16,154 nt of DNA from Octopus sinensis (lineage: Eukaryota): positions 1 through 16,154 of the forward strand of contig NW_021825242.1 of the NCBI RefSeq assembly GCF_006345805.1, given 5' to 3'. Shown here piece after piece: positions 11,018 through 16,154 of this stretch. The stretch's first letter is position 1. Every line of letters begins with the position of its first letter. The position numbers and the translations under genes were made by a program. The notes beneath the pieces were generated by a model, which was not told the origin of the DNA, searched no databases, and saw only the letters and a program-made list of their open reading frames with translations.

Positions 11018-11208
11018 GGATGGAAGCACTCCGTCGGTTACGACGACGAGGGTTCCGGTTGATCCGAATCAACGGAACAGCCTGCTCGTGAAATTAACGT
11101 GTAAGTGGCTGAGGACTCCACAGACACGTGCACCCTAAACGTAGTTCTCGGGGATATTCAGCGTGACACAGAGAGTGACAAGGCCGGCCCCTTGAAATAC
11201 AGGTACAA
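11018..11208. mobile_element. 191-bp retroposon (SINE-like) fragment with an 11-bp target-site duplication
   Basis: TATCGCATGGT at 11007-11017 and 11209-11219 exactly flanks a GC-richer insert. The insert resembles a common octopus repeat from memory; family and orientation not established. Confidence 0.8.
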
Positions 11209-11400
11209 TATCGCATGGTATGCATATATTTAGTGTAGTCAGGGGGTCAGTATATTACATTCCATGTATGCAGGGAGGACGGCTAGGTGGGTAGGCCAAA
11301 ATAAGGGAATTAGTTTAACAAACTTACAGTAAGTATGATGACCATGGTGAGGAGTACTGGGGAAATTCAAAGTGTACGTACTGATATAATAGTAATAATA

Positions 11401-11434
<34 letters not shown>

Positions 11435-11455
11435 TATTATTATTATTATTATTAT

Positions 11456-11683
11456 TATTTCTTTACTACCCACAAGAGGCTAAACACAGAGGGGACAAAC
11501 AAGGACAGAAAAACGGATTAAGTCGATTACATCGACCCCAGTGCGTAACTGGTACTTAATTTATCGACCCCGAAAGGATGAAAGGCAAAGTCGACCTCGG
11601 CGGAATTTGAACTCAGAACCTAACGGCAGACGAAATACGGCTACGCATTTCGCCCGGCGTGCTAACGATTCTGCCAGCTCGCC
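11456..11683 (-). mobile_element. tRNA-derived SINE, long-tail form (CTTGTTTGTCCCCTCTGTGTTTAGC...GTAAAGAAATA)
   Basis: Near-intact head, B-box, core and alternative 3' tail; sits in an AAT/ATT tract. Confidence 0.95.
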
Positions 11684-11727
<44 letters not shown>

Positions 11728-11728
<1 letters not shown>

Positions 11729-11934
11729 CCTTTCTACTATAGGCCCAAGGCCTGAGATTTGGGTGAAGAGATTACGTTGATTACATCGACCCCAGTGCTT
11801 AACTGGTACTTATTCCATCGACCTTGAAAAAATGAATGGCAAATTCGACCCCGGCGGAATTTGAACTCAGAATGTTATGACGGACGAAATGCCGCTAAGC
11901 ATTTTGCCCAGTATGCTCACGGGTCTGTAAGCTT
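11728..11934 (-). mobile_element. tRNA-derived SINE, short-tail form
   Basis: rc of ...CCTATAGTAGAAAGG tail, core and B-box present; head degraded. Confidence 0.9.
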
Positions 11935-11942
11935 GATAATAA

Positions 11943-12157
11943 TACTTTTTAGAATAGGTACAAGGCCTGAAACTTGGGAAGTGGGAAAGTAGATTACATC
12001 GACCCCAGTGTTTCACTGGTCCTTATTTCCTCGACCCTGGAAGGATGAAAAGCAAAGTCGACTTCGGCGCAATGTGAACTCAGAACTTAAAAACAGAAAA
12101 AAAAAATGCCGCTAAACACTTCTCCGGCGTGCTAACGATTCTGCCAGCTCACCGCCT
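11943..12157 (-). mobile_element. tRNA-derived SINE, short-tail form
   Basis: Full head (CTGCCAGCTCACCGCCT on + strand) and core. Confidence 0.9.
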
Positions 12158-12174
12158 GAGTAATATTAGCAATA

Positions 12175-12253
12175 TTGGTTTCAAATTTTGATTCAAGGCC
12201 GGCAATTTTGAGCGAAGGGCAAATCATTTACATTGATTCCAGTGCTCAGCTGG
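12175..12253 (-). mobile_element. 3' fragment of SINE, TTTGAAACC-tail variant
   Basis: GGTTTCAAATTTTG..CAAGGCC...TTACATTGATTCCAGTG matches the rc of the 5105-5285 tail. Confidence 0.7.
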
Positions 12254-12272
12254 AATGATAATAATAATAATA

Positions 12273-12303
<31 letters not shown>

Positions 12304-12340
12304 TTAATAATAATAATAATAATAATAGTAATAATAAATA

Positions 12341-12871
12341 AACCAAGCAGTGGCTCTCGTGGCTTCTGATCTTAACTGATAGGAAATGTTTTGTCTTGGT
12401 ATAAAAGATGAGCTACAGCAAATATTCTGCTCAATACCACAGATTTGCTTGTCAGTTGTTTGACCTTAATCAGCTGAGCATGTCCATTAGTGGCTGACGA
12501 TTTGTGCATCTCTGATCACGAGCAGAAATGGTGGGGGAGCATCAGAGCTATGTGTCGAGAGGAATTCTTTGGGGTTTGGATAATTCACCTCTGGAAACAT
12601 GGGTGTTTTGTTTAACATCCTTAAACAATACCTATTCAGGGACCTTTTGAGTGGGATGGGCTACTCAACCTGAAGAATATTCTAACTGGGCTCCATCTGC
12701 TAGGTCATGCGCTGTTAATCTTGATATGAGATCACCATGTCATGCACATATGGTTGTGATGCATGTGCATGGTGTACCCTTATCAGACGGGTAGTCATGA
12801 TGGGTATACTGGGCTTCGTATATATTTTACTCCAGTGTCACTTTGATGGCATGCACTACTCTCTCACTCAC
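12341..12871 (+). mobile_element. probable 3' UTR/end of a 5'-truncated non-LTR retroelement with (TAA)n tail
   Basis: About 530 bp of complex sequence inside an AAT tract, ending ...GGCATGCACTACTCTCTCACTCAC then (TAA)n. Resembles an abundant octopus element from memory. No ORF recognised. Confidence 0.6.
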
Positions 12872-12945
12872 TAATAATAATAATAATAGTTAGTAGTAGT
12901 AGTAGTAGTAAGTAGTAGTAGTAGTAATGTTTCAATTTAAAAAAA

Positions 12946-13155
12946 TTCTTTATTGCCCGCAAGCGACTAAACCTAGAGGGGACAAACAAGGAGAGACAAA
13001 GGGACTAAGTCGATTACATCGACCCCAGTGAGTAACTGGTACTTATTTAATCGCCCCCCAAAAAATGAAAGGTGAAGTCGACCTCGGCGGAATTTGAACG
13101 AGATACCGCTAAGCATTTCGCCTGGCATGCTACCGATTCTGCCAGCTCGCCGCCT
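12946..13155 (-). mobile_element. tRNA-derived SINE, long-tail form, about 20-bp internal deletion
   Basis: GAGGGGACAAACAAGGA tail, core and head present; segment after GGAATTTGAAC missing. Confidence 0.9.
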
Positions 13156-13160
13156 CCATA

Positions 13161-13363
13161 TTTCAAATTTTGGCACATGATCAGGGATTTTTGGGGGAGG
13201 GGTATTAGTCAGTACCATTGACCTCAACAGTTGGCTGTTTCTTTATTATCACCTCCAGACCCTGCAGAATGAAAGGTGAAATTGTCCTAGGTGGAATTTG
13301 AACTCAGAATGAAATGAGTCGGAAGAAATGTTACTATGCATTTCGTCCGACGCTTGAGGATTT
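13161..13363 (-). mobile_element. old diverged SINE copy (TTTGAAA-tail variant)
   Basis: TTTCAAATTTTGGCAC tail, GAATGAAAGG, GGAATTTGAACTCAGAA. Confidence 0.8.
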
Positions 13364-13704
13364 CTTTATTAAACAAAAAGGTCTCGGAGTGAAAGAGCAG
13401 TACAAAAATGGCAAAATATAGCCAAAATGATTTAAAGACATAAATATGAAGAAAAACACAACACAACAAAATTCCCCGATGGAGAGGTGCGGTGACAATA
13501 GAGAGGGCTACTCGAAGAAAACCCCATAAATCTGGATTACCCTGACCACGAGGGCAGATGCATTCTCTCAGCTGCAGCCCTTCTGCCTACAAGTCTTTCT
13601 GCCGACACATGCTCAGAGCAGATCCAAAAATAGTACAGGAATACTTCATCAAAAAAGAAGCAGTGCAATTCAGGAAAGTGTATGATGTTCAGAAACCTCA
13701 CAAA
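13361..13704 (-). mobile_element. possible 3' end of an L1/Tx1-like non-LTR element
   Basis: Minus strand ends ...TTTATGGGGTTTTCTTC..ATTGTCACCGCACCTCTCCATCGGGGAA...TTTGTTTAATAAAGAAA (polyA signal plus A-rich end). The family assignment is from memory only. Confidence 0.45.
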
Positions 13705-14101
13705 TCTTTATATATAAAAGTCAAGTTGTGTGTCTGTCTCCTACGACTTAGATTCCTAACTACTCCCACATTTTGCGATGCAGTTTAAACAAAACCGGGT
13801 ATCTTATAGTCGTGATTCATATCGAGCCCTTCTGGGTATTAGCACACGTCTACGATGAGTCTACGATTTAAAAAAATATTTACCATCATTTTTTTCCATT
13901 TTAATGCATTTTTTCGCTATTATACAAGGGAAGTAACTCTCGAAAAATGTCTACGATGAGTCATCGATTTAAAAAAAATTTACCATAATTTCTTTCCCAT
14001 TTTTAATGCATTTTTTTGCTATTTTTTGGCTATAACTCTCTAAAAATGCTTATATAGTTATTTCCCTTACAAACCCGAGCAACGCCGGGCGATACTGCTA
14101 G
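13705..14101 (+). mobile_element. non-autonomous Helitron, copy 2 (397 bp)
   Basis: A(13704)|TC...CCCGAGCAACGCCGGG hairpin-8 nt-CTAG|T(14102); no TSD; internal ~100-bp tandem repeat. Confidence 0.93.
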
Positions 14102-14165
14102 TAGAAAATAAAGAAGGAAGAAAACGAGGCGAATCTCATTGTTATGTAAATTGTTGAGAATCTGT

Positions 14166-14373
14166 CTGATCAAATACAAAGATCTGGAAATCGAAATCAA
14201 CGAGATGTGGAACGTGAAACCAAAATTATACCAAAGGTGATCGCAGCTCAAGAATTTACGAGAAAAGGAACGGAAAAGTTCGCCAATCGTTCTCCGGGTT
14301 ACATCAAAATCTCTGCAGTTAAGAAGTTCACCGTGGTGCGTAGTCGTTACCATCGAATTTTGTTCTTAACTGA
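14166..14373 (+). pseudogene. decayed C-terminus of an R4/Dong-like (restriction-like endonuclease) LINE ORF
   Basis: LIKYKDLEIEINEMWNVK (codons from 14166), then a 1-nt frameshift to TKIIPKVIAAQEFTRKGTEKFANRSPGYIKISAVKK. This matches the EK..KYxDLxxEIxxMWxxKTxxIPVVIGALG..xKG pattern at the end of REL-type LINEs. Confidence 0.75.
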
Positions 14374-14380
14374 TTTTTTT

Positions 14381-14508
14381 TTATTTTATCGATCACACGA
14401 AGATGAAAGGCATAGTTGGCTTCTGCGAGGTTCGAACTCAGAACGTAAAGAACCGGAAAAACTGCTGCAAATCCGACGCTCAAAATGAGTCTGCCAATTT
14501 GCAGCCTT
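14381..14508 (-). mobile_element. diverged SINE 5' half
   Basis: GATGAAAGGCA, GTTCGAACTCAGAACG, CTGCCAATTTGCAGCCTT on + strand. Confidence 0.8.
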
Positions 14509-14525
14509 AATAGTAATGACAATGA

Positions 14526-14721
14526 TTTCAGATTTTGTCACAAGGCCAGCAAGTTCGGTGAAGTGAGTAAGTCGATTACATCGACCCCCAGTAGTCAACT
14601 GGTACTCTTCTTATCGACCCCGAAAGGATGTGAGGCAAAGTCGACCGCGACGGAATTTGAACTCAGAATGCTTCCAAACGTTCTGCCCGGTGTGCTAACA
14701 ATTCTGCCAGCTCGCCGCCTT
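14526..14721 (-). mobile_element. tRNA-derived SINE, TTTGAAA-tail variant
   Basis: Tail, core, B-box and head present, with a deletion in the head. Confidence 0.9.
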
Positions 14722-14738
14722 AATAATAATAATAATAA

Positions 14739-15203
14739 TCCTTTCTATTAAAGACACAAGGCCGGAAATCTTTGGGGGGAAGGGACTAGTCGATTATATC
14801 GACCCCAGTGTTTCTCTGGTACTTTATTTATCGACCCCGAGAGGATGAAAGGCAAAGTCGACCTCGATGGAATTTCAACTCAGAACGTGGTGACGGGTGC
14901 AATACCTATTTCTTTATTACCCACAAGGGGCTAAACATAGAGGGGACAAACAAGGACAGACATAGGTATTAAGTCGATTACATCGACCCCAGTGCGTAAC
15001 TGGTACTTAATTTATCGACCCCGAAAGGATGAAAGGCAAAGTTGACCTCGGCGGAATTTGAACTCACAACGTAACGACAGACGAAATACCGCTGAGCATT
15101 TCGCCCGGCGTGCTAACGTTTCTGCCAGCTCACCACCTTGACGGGTGAAATACCGCTAAGCATTTCACCCGGTGTGCTAACATTTCTGCCAGCTTGCCAC
15201 CTT
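14739..15203 (-). mobile_element. short-tail SINE 'A' split by nested SINE 'B' (parts 14739-14906 and 15140-15203)
   Basis: The two parts join into one colinear copy; GACGGGTG(C/A)AATACC is duplicated at 14892-14906 and 15140-15154. Confidence 0.92.
14907..15139 (-). mobile_element. long-tail SINE 'B' nested in A, with a 15-bp TSD (one mismatch)
   Basis: Full-length copy flanked by the duplication above. Confidence 0.93.
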
Positions 15204-15270
15204 CAATAATAATAATAATAATGATGATGATGATGATGATGATAATAATAAAATATATAATAATAATAAT

Positions 15271-15388
15271 CCTTTCTATAACAGGCACAAAGCCGGGAAT
15301 TTTGGGGGAAGGGACTAGTCGATCATATCGACCCCAGTGTTTCACTGGTACTTAATTTATCGACCCCGAAAGTGACAGGTGAAATACC
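15271..15388 (-). mobile_element. short-tail SINE 'C' with a ~47-bp deletion removing the B-box; head missing
   Basis: CCCCGAAAG|TGACAGGTGAAATACC junction at 15372/15373. Confidence 0.88.
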
Positions 15389-15620
15389 TATTTCTTTACT
15401 ACCCACAAGGGGCTAAACACAGAGGGGACAAACAAGGACAGACAAACGGATTAAGTCGATTATATCGACCCCAGTGCGCAACTGGTAGTTATTTAATCGA
15501 CCCCGAAAGGGATGAAAGGCAAAGTCGACCTCGGCGGAATTTGAACTCAGAACGTAGCGGCAGACGAAATACCACTAAGCATTTCGCCCGGCGTGCTAAT
15601 GATTCTGCCATCTCGCCGCC

Positions 15621-15622
<2 letters not shown>
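15389..15622 (-). mobile_element. long-tail SINE 'D' abutting C at the same GAAATACC site used by B
   Basis: GAAATACC|TATTTCTTTACTACCC; full-length copy. Confidence 0.93.
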
Positions 15623-15653
<31 letters not shown>

Positions 15654-15704
15654 TAATAATAATATTAATAATAATAATAAAATAATAATAATAATAATAA
15701 TAAT

Positions 15705-15851
15705 CCTTTCTATTAAAGGCACAAGGCCGGAAATTTTGGGGGAAGGGACTAGTTAATTATATTGATCCCAGTATTTCACTGGTACTTAATTTATCGACCC
15801 CCGAAAGTGATGGGCGAAATACCGCTAACGATTCTGCCAGCTCACCGCCTT
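15705..15851 (-). mobile_element. short-tail SINE 'E' with the same deletion as C and an empty GAAATACC site
   Basis: CCCCGAAAG|TGATGGGCGAAATACCGCTA at 15807/15808, plus a second head deletion. Confidence 0.88.
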
Positions 15852-16105
15852 AATAATAATGATGATGATGATGATGATAATGATGATGAGGATGATGAGG
15901 ATGATGATGATGAGGATGATGACAAGATGAGGGAAGTTTGCACTTGCATACAAGGTTTATATTAAAATCAAATGATATGGACGATGATGCGGATGAGGAT
16001 GATGATGATGATGATGATGGCGACGATGAGAAATAATGATAGTGACGATGGTGAAAGATGATAGTGACAGGGGTGATAATGAAGGTGATGATGATGATGA
16101 TATCT
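15852..16105. repeat. (AAT)n grading into degenerate (GAT)n/(GAG)n
   Basis: Directly visible. Confidence 0.9.
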
Positions 16106-16154
16106 GTGCGAGATAAGAAGCCGTGTAATAATAACTGGTCTTCTCTGATGTCTC

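Noticed and set aside
13558-13788. 76-aa ORF
   Set aside because: It runs across the Helitron 5' junction at 13704/13705 and lies antisense to a probable LINE 3' end; chimeric.
11456-15851. CRISPR- or integron-cassette-like appearance (recurring palindromic GTCGATTACATCGACCCC units)
   Set aside because: The units are ~200-240-bp homologous SINE bodies with Pol III boxes and TSDs, separated by microsatellites. There are no unique fixed-length spacers, no cas or intI genes, and the context is eukaryotic.
15762-15965. Acidic D/E-rich ORF
   Set aside because: Translation of a SINE remnant plus a (GAT)n microsatellite.

Overview
AT-rich, repeat-dominated eukaryotic non-coding DNA (intronic or intergenic). 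The repeat families resemble, from memory, those of octopus (coleoid cephalopod) genomes. I can support no intact protein-coding gene, RNA gene, CRISPR array or prokaryotic system, and nearly all ORFs in the track are translations of microsatellites or SINEs. The window holds about 18 whole or partial copies of one tRNA-derived SINE family: a + strand cluster at 4.8-5.6 kb and a - strand cluster at 11.4-15.9 kb, mostly embedded in (AAT/ATT)n tracts. It also holds two inverted copies of a ~0.4 kb non-autonomous Helitron with textbook A|TC...hairpin-CTAG|T ends, a TA-flanked mariner-derived MITE, a decayed R4/Dong-like LINE C-terminus, two probable LINE 3' ends, a retroposon fragment with an exact 11-bp TSD, and very extensive microsatellites. 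The most interesting observations are: two apparently independent SINE-into-SINE insertions at the same nucleotide, orientation-specific SINE stacking in (ATT)n next to a Dong-like LINE relic, a ~240-bp near-perfect fold-back palindrome centred on (TA)n, and an RFX X-box match in a small unique island. None of these demonstrates a new biological system; they are testable leads in repeat biology.
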